From assembly GCA_030526515.1 (NCBI GenBank), contig JAUNCQ010000003.1:6541-70540 (forward strand): 64,000 nucleotides of DNA, written 5' to 3'. The position numbers were made by a program, and so were the translations under genes. This document shows positions 56,506 through 64,000 of the stretch, in pieces. The stretch comes from Coriobacteriia bacterium (GTDB taxonomy: Bacteria; Actinomycetota; Coriobacteriia; Coriobacteriales; Eggerthellaceae). Every line of letters begins with the position of its first letter. The stretch's first letter is position 1. The notes beneath the pieces were generated by a model that saw only the letters and a program-made list of their open reading frames with translations, made no database searches and was not told where the DNA came from.

Positions 56506-57081
56506 ATGAACATCAACGTAATCGGCCGCAAAATGTCCATCAAAGACGCCCTGCAGGACTACGCCATTGAGAAGATCGGCGGAGCCATGAAGGTCATGAA
56601 CATCGACCCGCTGGATGCCGAAGTCGTGCTGCACGTCGAGCAGAACCGATCCAACCCGCGCCGTGCCTGCTGCGAGGTCACCATCCGCAGCCGCGGTCAC
56701 ATCATCCGCGTGGAGGAGCGCGACGAGGACATGTACGCGGCCATTGACGTTGCCGCCGCCAAGGTCGACCGCCAGCTGCGCAAGTTCAAGACCCGCGTGA
56801 TCGACCACCACATCCAGGAGGTCCAGGAATCCGCGGCCGAGGCCAAGGTCGGCGAGCCCCTTGACCTGGACGCCCTCATGGCGGATCTGTCCAAGGACGA
56901 CGACGAGATCGTCCGCGTGAAGGAAGTCGAGTTCCCGCCCATGACCGAGGAGCAGGCCCTCATCCAGATCGACCTGCTGGGCCACGACTTCTTCGCCTAC
57001 ACCGACCGCGATACCGGCCTGGTGAACGTGCTGTATCGCCGCAACAACGGCGGATACGGCCTGCTCAAGCAGCAGAGCTAG
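56506..57081 (+). CDS. hpf: Ribosome hibernation-promoting factor (long HPF)
   Basis: MNINVIGRKMSIKDALQDY... sigma-54-modulation/S30EA domain, linker, and C-terminal dimerisation domain (DFFAYTDRDTGLVNVLYRR). RBS GAAGGAG. Confidence 0.85.
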   Translation: MNINVIGRKMSIKDALQDYAIEKIGGAMKVMNIDPLDAEVVLHVEQNRSNPRRACCEVTIRSRGHIIRVEERDEDMYAAIDVAAAKVDRQLRKFKTRVIDHHIQEVQESAAEAKVGEPLDLDALMADLSKDDDEIVRVKEVEFPPMTEEQALIQIDLLGHDFFAYTDRDTGLVNVLYRRNNGGYGLLKQQS

Positions 57082-57171
57082 ACTGTTCCTGCCCATCGCG
57101 CGGCGGACCGCTCCTCCTCGATCGGCCCTGAGCGGTCCCGCGGTTCCGCCGCGCGATCGGAGCGGTGCATT

Positions 57172-57215
57172 GCGGCCGACGGCTGGCCTAGCGCCCCGCC
57201 GGCCGCTTTCTTTTT
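57172..57215 (+). terminator. Terminator after hpf
   Basis: GCGGCCG...CGGCCGC is followed by TTTCTTTTT. It is preceded by a second long hairpin at 57092-57160. Confidence 0.6.
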
Positions 57216-57363
57216 GCGTACGGGGCGCGACACCAGGCCGCTAGGTGGCGGCCGTAGCCTGACGGGCCGACCGCGACTCTCTTTCGCCCCGCCCTTCTCC
57301 CTCCCGCGGCTCACGCGGCGCGCTACAATGAACCAGTCACCAAACCGGACGAAAGGACTGCCC

Positions 57364-57582
57364 ATGGCAACCATCGATACCATCAAGGACGTGCTTCAGG
57401 AGAACCTGGACATCGACCCCTCGAACGTGACCCCCGAGTCCACCTTCGAAACCCTGGGCGTTGACTCCCTGGACCTGGTCGAGCTCATCTGCGAGCTGGA
57501 GGACCGCCTGGGCATTGACTTCGGCGAGCCCGAGGGCCTGTCCACCCTGGCCGACGTGGTGGCCCACATCGACTCCCTGTAG
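57364..57582 (+). CDS. Acyl carrier protein
   Basis: The LGVDSLDLVELI phosphopantetheine-attachment motif is present. 72 aa. RBS GAAAGGA. No fab genes are adjacent. Confidence 0.85.
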   Translation: MATIDTIKDVLQENLDIDPSNVTPESTFETLGVDSLDLVELICELEDRLGIDFGEPEGLSTLADVVAHIDSL

Positions 57583-57626
57583 GAGCGCGGCCCCGCACTG
57601 CGGCGTTGCCGCTGCCAGCGGCCCAA

Positions 57627-57913
57627 CCTCACGGCGCGGCCCCATCGGCGGCCCCAGCCCACGGCGCGGCCCCATCGGCGGCCCCGCGCCAAAATCCACG
57701 CATCTCAAATCTCAAATCGAAGGCGGGCGTGATTCCGGATCGCGCCCGACTTCGATTTCGTCTTTCAGGAAGGTTGGCTACCCTTTCAGGGCGAAAGATA
57801 CGGCCTCGATTCCTCGTTTTGCCGCAGCATTCGCCCAATCCGTCCCGCCGGCGCACGTTTCGCCCCACCCTGGGTGCGCCGCCCTTTCAGCAAACCGCGC
57901 CCGACTTCGATTT
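57627..57913. repeat. Short repeat cluster downstream of the ACP gene
   Basis: A 26-bp unit CACGGCGCGGCCCCATCGGCGGCCCC occurs twice (57630-57655 and 57660-57685). The hairpin AAATCGAAGGCGGGCG / CGCCCGACTTCGATTT spans 57714-57758, and a third copy GCGCCCGACTTCGATTT lies at 57897-57913. Confidence 0.8.
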
Positions 57914-58004
57914 GGTTCCCAGAATGGCCGATTCCTGACGCGGAACACAGCCCACCCGCAATCCAGCGCCAAAGCCCACCTCGCTCTGGTTAGCGCGGAT
58001 AAAT

Positions 58005-58033
58005 TCATCGACTTGCATGCAAATTGCATCTAT
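58005..58033 (+). promoter_or_regulatory. Candidate promoter with palindromic operator for the TA pair
   Basis: TATAAT at 58028-58033, a weak -35 TCGACT at 58005-58010, and a perfect 13-bp palindrome ATGCAAATTGCAT at 58014-58026. This is a local AT-rich patch. Confidence 0.5.
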
Positions 58034-58065
58034 AATGAATGCATGTCGAACGAAGGGAGGCGCAC

Positions 58066-58407
58066 ATGCCCGCTGTGCAGGTTCGAAACCTACCTCAGGA
58101 AACATACGACCAACTGAAAGCCCTGGCGCAGGAAAATGGACGCTCCATCACAAAGCAGACCGAAGCCATCCTGATAGACTTCTTCGCCGCACGACCCGCA
58201 TATCAATCTCCCGAAGCAACACCCTCCGCGCCAATGGCTACCATGTTTCAACCGAACCCCTTTCACCGGGAATCTCCTGCGGAGATCCAGGAACGCGCCG
58301 CACGCCGTGCAGCACTTTTCGCCGAAATAGACTCCCGAGAAGCCTTCGACCCGCCCAAGGACTGGGACCCCGCAACAGTCGTGCGCCAGATGAGGGACGA
58401 ACGATGA
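58066..58407 (+). CDS. vapB: Ribbon-helix-helix (FitA/VapB-like) antitoxin
   Basis: MPAVQVRNLPQETYDQLKALAQENGRSI... is an Arc/MetJ-type N-terminus. RBS GGGAGG. The stop overlaps the next start (ATGA). Confidence 0.65.
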   Translation: MPAVQVRNLPQETYDQLKALAQENGRSITKQTEAILIDFFAARPAYQSPEATPSAPMATMFQPNPFHRESPAEIQERAARRAALFAEIDSREAFDPPKDWDPATVVRQMRDER

Positions 58408-58811
58408 TCGTTTTGGACTGCAGCGCTGCCATAGCAATCGTTCAGCGAACAGAGCAGGGGGCAGCCCTGCGCAAGCTCATCGATCCGGGCGAAAAAGTCA
58501 TCGCCCCTTCCCTTTTTACGACTGAAGTTGCGAACGTCGCCTGGAAATACGTTCATGCGGACATGGTGACGGCCTCTAGAGCAAAGCAGATGACGGCTGA
58601 TGCTCTCGCGCTCGTGGACGAATACGTTCCCGTCGAAAGCCTGATCGAGGAGTCCTTCGCTACCGCAATTCACCTAGACCACAGCGTGTACGACATCACC
58701 TATCTGGTGCTCGCCCGTCGCAACGCTGCGATCATGATGACCTGCGACCTGAAGCTGCAGCGCCTGTGCGAAGACGCCGGCGTCAGCTGCATCGCCGAAG
58801 TCGCGCTGTAG
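58404..58811 (+). CDS. vapC: PIN-domain toxin (VapC-like)
   Basis: MIVLDCSAAIAIV... with acidic residues spaced as in PIN domains (D5, E in TTEVAN, D in SVYD, D in TCD). 135 aa. Confidence 0.65.
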   Translation: MIVLDCSAAIAIVQRTEQGAALRKLIDPGEKVIAPSLFTTEVANVAWKYVHADMVTASRAKQMTADALALVDEYVPVESLIEESFATAIHLDHSVYDITYLVLARRNAAIMMTCDLKLQRLCEDAGVSCIAEVAL

Positions 58812-58902
58812 CCGTACGCCCGTCGGCCCCTTGGCCCATGCCGCCCAAATCCTGCTAAACTGGCATGATTAAAACCCGCATCTTCTAAAGGAGCAGCACG
58901 GC

Positions 58903-59805
58903 ATGAGCGCGGAACACATCACTCCCATCATCGGCGTAATCCCGGGCCTGGTGTCCGACCAGGAGATCGTGCGCCTTCGGGAAAACTACTGCCATGCCAT
59001 CATCGCAGCCGGCGGCGCGCCCATCGTCTTCCCGGTAACCGAGGACGTGACCGTGTATGAGAAGCTGCTGCCCCTGGCCGATGCGTTCCTGCTATCCGGC
59101 GGCTCCGACATCGACCCCCGCCGCTACGCTGACCGCGCGGACGTATACGAGCCCAAGAGCTATGCCGAGGACGACGCCCGCTCCAGCGTGACCCAGCCCT
59201 CCCCCCGTCGCGACAACGTCGAGGAGCTGGTCCTGAACTTCGCCTACCAGCACGACATGCCCGTACTCGGCATCTGCCGCGGTGCCCAGATGCTCAACGT
59301 GCACTTCGGCGGCACCCTGTACCAGGACCTGAGCGACCAGATGGAGAACCCCGAGGACGACGAGACCCTGGTCATCAGCCACTGGCAGGGCGTTTCCTTC
59401 GACAAGGCCACCCACGCCGTGACAATCAAGCCCTTCAGTCAGCTGTGGGACATCCTGAACGCCACCGCCACCAACGTGAACTCCATGCACCATCAGGGCA
59501 TTCGCGACCTGGCACCCAACATGGAGGCCGTGGCCTTCGCCCCCGACGGACTGGTGGAGGCCATCGAGGCAACCGACCGTCGCTTCATGATCGGCGTGCA
59601 GTGGCACCCCGAGTTCTTCCGCAACTCCCAGCGCTCCAAGCGCCTGTTCCGCGCCTTCATCCAGTACGCCCGTGAAAGCCACAAGGAGCGCATGGAGCGT
59701 CGGGGCGAAGAGGTTGTCGACCGTCGCCTGCACATCAGCCTGGGCAGCGACGAGCTCACCGGATGGGCCCAAGCGGAAATCGACGATTCCGAGTTCAGGG
59801 CGTAG
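58903..59805 (+). CDS. Class-I glutamine amidotransferase-like hydrolase (peptidase C26 / PuuD family)
   Basis: The nucleophile elbow LGICRGAQMLNV and the GVQWHPE motif are present. RBS AAAGGAG. Confidence 0.75.
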   Translation: MSAEHITPIIGVIPGLVSDQEIVRLRENYCHAIIAAGGAPIVFPVTEDVTVYEKLLPLADAFLLSGGSDIDPRRYADRADVYEPKSYAEDDARSSVTQPSPRRDNVEELVLNFAYQHDMPVLGICRGAQMLNVHFGGTLYQDLSDQMENPEDDETLVISHWQGVSFDKATHAVTIKPFSQLWDILNATATNVNSMHHQGIRDLAPNMEAVAFAPDGLVEAIEATDRRFMIGVQWHPEFFRNSQRSKRLFRAFIQYARESHKERMERRGEEVVDRRLHISLGSDELTGWAQAEIDDSEFRA

Positions 59806-59957
59806 CTCACCAGCCATCGCGGCCCAAGAATGCCGCCGACCGCCTACTTCACCCCGCTAAAGCGTTTCCGCTCCGTTAAACCCAACTCAAAGCTACGCGT
59901 TGCCAAGGCGCGCACGTATAATCTACCAATTACGAAATCAACGGGAGGAAGCGTCAC

Positions 59958-61508
59958 ATGGCTGAGAATCTTTACATCGACACTCGCGGCAACGTCACCG
60001 AGCCTGTTCCCTTCACGCAGGCAGTTATCAACGGTCTGGCCCAGGGCGGCGGTCTGTACGTCCCCCAGAACGTCCCCAGCCTGACCCTGGAGCAGATCTG
60101 CGACCTGGCGAAGCTCCCCTACGCGGAGCGCGCCGCTGCCATCTACAAGCTGTTCGACGTGGACATGCCCGCCGAGCTGGTTGATTCCCTCATGGCCAGC
60201 ACATACGGCGAGCAGTGGGACACCGCGGACATCGCGCCTATCTCCTCTCTGGACGAAAACACCCACATCCTCGAGCTGTGGCACGGCCCCACCAGCGCCT
60301 TCAAGGACATGGCGCTGCAGTGCCTGCCCCGCTTCTTCAGCGCAAGCGCCCAGCTGCTGCGCGAGCGAGGCCAGCTCGACCACGAGTTCATGATCCTGGT
60401 TGCCACTTCCGGCGACACCGGCAAGGCCGCCCTGGAGGGCTTCAAGGACGTTGACGGCGTCTCCATCGGCGTCATGTACCCCGATGGCGGCGTGTCCGAC
60501 ATCCAGTACAAGCAGATGGCAACCCAGCGCGGCTCCAACGTGCAGGTCTGGGCCGTCCGCGGCAACTTCGACGACTGCCAGACCGGCGCCAAGAACACCT
60601 TCAACGACGAAGCCTTCGCCCAGAAGCTGGCCGCCGAGCAGGGCGTGGCCCTGTCCAGCGCCAACTCCATCAACTGGGGCCGCCTGCTGCCGCAGGTCGT
60701 GTACTACATCTCGGCATACGCCCAGATGGTGGCCGACGGCAAGGTCGAGGCCGGCGCCAAGATCGACGTGTGCGTGCCCACCGGCAACTTCGGCAACATC
60801 CTTGCCGCCTGGTACGCCAAGCAGATCGGCACTCCCATCGACATGCTGCTGTGCGCCAGCAACACCAACCGCGTGCTGACCGACTTCATCAACACCGGCA
60901 CCTACGACATCTCCGACCGTCCCTTCGTGCTGACCCCGTCCCCGTCCATGGACATCCTGGTGTCCTCCAACCTGGAGCGCCAGCTGTTCGAGCTCACCGG
61001 CCGCAACCCCCAGGCCATCGCCGGCTGGATGAACGACCTGCGTGAGCAGAAGAAGTTCCAGGTGGACAAGGAAACCTTCGCCAAGGTGCGCGAGGCGTTC
61101 CGTGCCGACTCCGTGGGCGATCAGGAGTGCCTGGACACCGTCAAGGAGGTCTTCGACCAGTACGGCTACCTGCTGGATCCCCACACGGCCGTCGCCTACC
61201 GCGCAGCCCAGAACCTTCGGGGCGAAAACCCCGTCCTCATTGCCAGCACTGCCCACTGGGCCAAGTTCGGCAACAACGTCTACCGCGCACTGCACAACAT
61301 CGCCGCTGGCGACGACCTGCCGGCCGAGGTGGCTGCATTATCTGGCTGCCAGCTGAACGAGCTGATCCAGAAGGAAACCAACGCCTCCGCCGTTCCCGCG
61401 GGCCTGGCCGAACTCGACGATCTGGATATCCGCTTCACCCAGGTCATCGACGGAAACACGGCAGCCATTGAAGAATCCGTGGTCGCCTTCGTGGAGTCTC
61501 TGAAATAA
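59958..61508 (+). CDS. thrC: Threonine synthase (long form)
   Basis: ELWHGPTSAFKDMALQ (PLP Lys), ATSGDTGKAA, and NSINWGRLLPQ. RBS GGGAGGA. Confidence 0.9.
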   Translation: MAENLYIDTRGNVTEPVPFTQAVINGLAQGGGLYVPQNVPSLTLEQICDLAKLPYAERAAAIYKLFDVDMPAELVDSLMASTYGEQWDTADIAPISSLDENTHILELWHGPTSAFKDMALQCLPRFFSASAQLLRERGQLDHEFMILVATSGDTGKAALEGFKDVDGVSIGVMYPDGGVSDIQYKQMATQRGSNVQVWAVRGNFDDCQTGAKNTFNDEAFAQKLAAEQGVALSSANSINWGRLLPQVVYYISAYAQMVADGKVEAGAKIDVCVPTGNFGNILAAWYAKQIGTPIDMLLCASNTNRVLTDFINTGTYDISDRPFVLTPSPSMDILVSSNLERQLFELTGRNPQAIAGWMNDLREQKKFQVDKETFAKVREAFRADSVGDQECLDTVKEVFDQYGYLLDPHTAVAYRAAQNLRGENPVLIASTAHWAKFGNNVYRALHNIAAGDDLPAEVAALSGCQLNELIQKETNASAVPAGLAELDDLDIRFTQVIDGNTAAIEESVVAFVESLK

Positions 61509-61545
61509 TCGTAAAACTGAGAATAAATTATTCATAGAATAGCCC

Positions 61546-61589
61546 TACCTGCGATTATCACGTAGTAAGATAGCCGCAGGTATTTTTTT
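61546..61589 (+). terminator. Rho-independent terminator after thrC
   Basis: Stem TACCTGCG / CGCAGGTA followed by TTTTTTT, in an AT-rich spacer. Confidence 0.75.
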
Positions 61590-61610
61590 GCAACGGAAAC
61601 AGAGGTACCC

Positions 61611-61955
61611 ATGAGCACTATTTCACACCTCAAGCCCAGCATCAGGCTCTCCATCAAGAACCCTGAGTCCGGCAGCAACTCCGTCCTCGGACGCGGCGTT
61701 GCCGACCTTTGCCTTGGCGTTCGCGAGACCGGCTCCCTGAACGCAGCCTCCAAGAAGATGCGCATGGCCTACAGCAAGGCATGGCGCATCGTCAAGGAAA
61801 CCGAGAAGGCCCTGGACGTCCAGCTGCTCAACCGCGACGGCGCCCATGGCAGCACCCTGACCCCGGAGGGCGACCGCATCGTGGACGCCTACGTGGCCGT
61901 GAACGAGAAGCTGCAGAAGTACGCCGAAGAAGAGCTGGCAAAGCTGCTGAAGTAG
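61611..61955 (+). CDS. ModE-N-terminal-like winged-helix DNA-binding protein
   Basis: GSLNAASKKMRMAYSKAWRIVKETEK...GAHGSTLTPEG parallels ModE GSISQGAKDAGISYKSAWDAINEMN...GGGGAVLT. There is no Mop domain. Confidence 0.6.
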   Translation: MSTISHLKPSIRLSIKNPESGSNSVLGRGVADLCLGVRETGSLNAASKKMRMAYSKAWRIVKETEKALDVQLLNRDGAHGSTLTPEGDRIVDAYVAVNEKLQKYAEEELAKLLK

Positions 61956-61973
61956 TCTTCGCCCCCTAACAAT

Positions 61974-62345
61974 CTATTCGTATGCAACCGAGATGCCGCG
62001 GCATGTCCGTGGTATCTCTATTTTCAGGACCAAGGCGTCCTGATCGGAGGCCGACGCGGGATCGGCAGGTCGCCTCACCTGATCGATAGAGCCTGGCGCC
62101 ACAGCGCATACCGATACCGCCGGAACCTCCATGACTTGGGGATTCGGCAGCCTCGGCACATCACCGGCCACACCTTCGCCCTCCGCCGCGCCAGGCTCAG
62201 ATCGGGAATCGACCTGGCGCTCCTCCTCTCCCGAAAGCTGCTTCACCGCCTGAGCTCCCGGCTCCTGGGCAAAGCGATGCATGCAGCCGTAGCAGACATC
62301 CATGTCGTCGAACACGCGCGCACCGCACACGGGACATACCTTCAT
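61974..62345 (-). CDS. Small zinc-ribbon protein
   Basis: MKVCPVCGARVFDDMDVCYGCMH. RBS AAGGAGGAAGG. The start overlaps the upstream stop. Confidence 0.6.
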   Translation of the reverse strand: MKVCPVCGARVFDDMDVCYGCMHRFAQEPGAQAVKQLSGEEERQVDSRSEPGAAEGEGVAGDVPRLPNPQVMEVPAVSVCAVAPGSIDQVRRPADPASASDQDALVLKIEIPRTCRGISVAYE

Positions 62346-62716
62346 CTGCCTTCCTCCTTGCTCTTCACCTGCGCGCACACCGTCAGCGCCAGGCAATCCC
62401 CTTCGCTGAACCACGGCTCGTCCGCCCGCGATATGCGCTCCACCACGATGGCCGCCCGTCGGTTGCGCATGCGCTTCAGGGGCCGCACGCACCGATGGGA
62501 CTCTATGACCATGCCCCGGGCATCCACGAACGCCACGTCAATGGCATATCGCATGCCAAAGGTGTGCACGTCCCTGCACGGAAACAGGGCCAGGCTTCCC
62601 TGACCAGGGGGCGAAAACAACAGACCCTTAGCCCGCCTGCTTGCCGTAGCCGCCCACGCCAGGCTCATCCGCACCGGCGTCCTCCGAGCCGGCTCGGCCG
62701 CTTGAACCGTACCCAT
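62342..62716 (-). CDS. DUF192-domain protein
   Basis: ...LFPCRDVHTFGMRYAIDVAFVD... is typical of DUF192. RBS GGAAGGAGGAG. Confidence 0.65.
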   Translation of the reverse strand: MGTVQAAEPARRTPVRMSLAWAATASRRAKGLLFSPPGQGSLALFPCRDVHTFGMRYAIDVAFVDARGMVIESHRCVRPLKRMRNRRAAIVVERISRADEPWFSEGDCLALTVCAQVKSKEEGR

Positions 62717-63241
62717 CTACTCCTCCTTCCCCAGGTCGACCGCGCTCTGAATCACCACGCTGGCAGATCCACCCGCATCGGAGCAGCTCACCAGCAACCA
62801 GCGCAATCGGCCATCCTCCTTCACGAAGGTCCCGCAGACGTCCTGCCCGCTGGGAACCGTCGTCCATCCCGCTTCCTCCAAACCCGTGGCCATGCGGGCG
62901 AAAGCATCAGCCGCCGACCCTGGCAGGCTGAAGCCCACCACGCGGCCCTGGCCGCCTATCCGCACGTCGCAGGCCTTCGCGGGCACGAACCCCTCCTCCA
63001 CCAGCAGCGGAGCCACCTGGTCCGCGGAGCCTGCAGCTCCGCCGCCGGCCACGACCTGGTCTTCGCCCGCCATGATGTCCACCACTTCCCGCACGGGATC
63101 CCCTTCGGGATCGGTCAGGTCCCGGGCAACCTGCAAGGCCACCCCATCGCCCCGCAGCACCCACGCCGCCGCGCCGCTCAGGGACACCAGGGCCACCATG
63201 GCCAGGACCGCCAACAACGCGCCCACCGCCCGGCGCCTCAT
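62717..63241 (-). CDS. Membrane-anchored hypothetical protein
   Basis: N-terminal TM segment (MRRRAVGALLAVLAMVALVSL). Translationally coupled on both sides. Confidence 0.55.
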   Translation of the reverse strand: MRRRAVGALLAVLAMVALVSLSGAAAWVLRGDGVALQVARDLTDPEGDPVREVVDIMAGEDQVVAGGGAAGSADQVAPLLVEEGFVPAKACDVRIGGQGRVVGFSLPGSAADAFARMATGLEEAGWTTVPSGQDVCGTFVKEDGRLRWLLVSCSDAGGSASVVIQSAVDLGKEE

Positions 63242-63684
63242 TGGAGCACCCCGGGCTTGTACGTTTCCACCGTCAGACTGGTGGAGTGGGTGAGCACGGG
63301 CATTCGCACGCCCATGACCTTGCTCTTCATGCCCAGCCCGAACAACGTGGGCCGGAACTTCAACGTTGCCGTGTAGGTGGTATGGGCCGACCCGCTACCG
63401 GAAGACTCCACGCTGACCTGCAGGTTCCGATCGTCGAAGGACCGTCTCAGCTCAGCGGCCACCAGGTCGCCGCCATGGCCGTACTCGCCCTGGGACGGAG
63501 ACGTGCAGCAGGCCCTCACCGCCTGGGCAGCCGCACGGTCGAAGGCCGCGCACTGGCCCATGAACAACAGCGCGTTCACGGTCACGGCTGCAAGGGCCAC
63601 GGCCACGGGCAGGAACAGGGCCATCTCCACCGTGGCCTGGCCGCGCTCTTCCCGCATCAACCGCACCAGCCTCATCAGCCCCAT
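63238..63684 (-). CDS. TadE/TadG-like pilus assembly protein
   Basis: The ERGQATVEMALFLPV N-terminal motif is present. Confidence 0.7.
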   Translation of the reverse strand: MGLMRLVRLMREERGQATVEMALFLPVAVALAAVTVNALLFMGQCAAFDRAAAQAVRACCTSPSQGEYGHGGDLVAAELRRSFDDRNLQVSVESSGSGSAHTTYTATLKFRPTLFGLGMKSKVMGVRMPVLTHSTSLTVETYKPGVLQ

Positions 63685-64000
63685 GAACTCACCCCCGTCG
63701 CATTCACCACCAGGATCCGCAGCCGGGCGATCAGCGAATCCACCAGGCCCTTGCCTGCGTTCTGCAGGGGCTCCGGCAGCGTCAGGGTCAGGGGCAGCGA
63801 TGGCCCCAGCTCGCCCAACGGCTCCACCGTGGCAATGGTGTACTCAGCGCCCAACGCGGCAACCGCCTGCTGCTCCACCTTGCTCAGCACCGTGCTGAAC
63901 ACATCGGCGCTGCTGCCGGAAAGCAGCTTCGACCGCTCCTTCACCTGCCGGTAGGCAACGGCGAACTGCCCTTGGTCCTTAGCCACCACGCTGCCCGTGC
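63675..64000 (-). CDS. Hypothetical protein of the Tad-like locus, 5' end possibly outside window
   Basis: The frame is open to the window edge, with a possible GTG at 63989. High GC3. Overlaps the next gene by 10 nt. Confidence 0.45.
   Translation of the reverse strand, partial: TGSVVAKDQGQFAVAYRQVKERSKLLSGSSADVFSTVLSKVEQQAVAALGAEYTIATVEPLGELGPSLPLTLTLPEPLQNAGKGLVDSLIARLRILVVNATGVSSWG

Overview
High-GC window (by eye, mid-60s % GC), very densely coding, mostly on the minus strand. Gene content looks like an anaerobic Actinomycetota/Coriobacteriia (Eggerthellaceae-like) chromosome; that assignment is inference only. The dominant theme is selenium. The full selenocysteine machinery is present: selD, selA, selB and a tRNA-Sec gene. 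There are also three genes with in-frame UGA codons that the ORF track truncates or splits: an ArsS-like radical SAM protein, periplasmic formate dehydrogenase FdnG, and SelD itself. Each UGA is followed by a small hairpin that is a candidate SECIS. The most interesting region is 30.2-37.7 kb. It holds a minus-strand cluster of two double-cubane-type (HgdB/DCCP-like) reductases, an HgdC-type ATPase activase fused to a DUF3343 domain, a free DUF3343 protein, a class-V PLP desulfurase/selenocysteine-lyase-like enzyme, YedF, a DUF3343-FdhD fusion and a rhodanese. A third activase and an orphan dihaem-cytochrome-b-like membrane protein flank selD. I read this as a candidate, not yet described, low-potential Se/S reduction and trafficking system. 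The rest is housekeeping (recQ, rplM-rpsI, hom, lysA, thrC, rlmH, pth, prs, glmU, hpf, ACP) plus two BspA-like LRR surface proteins, a vapBC-like TA pair, an SPFH/zinc-ribbon protein, a Tad-pilus fragment and fdnGHI-fdhE. Intergenic DNA is unusually repeat-rich. It contains three copies of a ~220-280 bp nested-inverted-repeat element, a cluster of six 23-bp repeats next to tRNA-Sec, and a divergent pair of DUF559-like paralogues bracketing an MBL/ABC-F/MFS block. A GGACGAAA / TTTCGTCC octamer also recurs in many spacers. No rRNA, CRISPR array, transposase or integrase was seen. All homology calls come from reading the translations, not from a database search.
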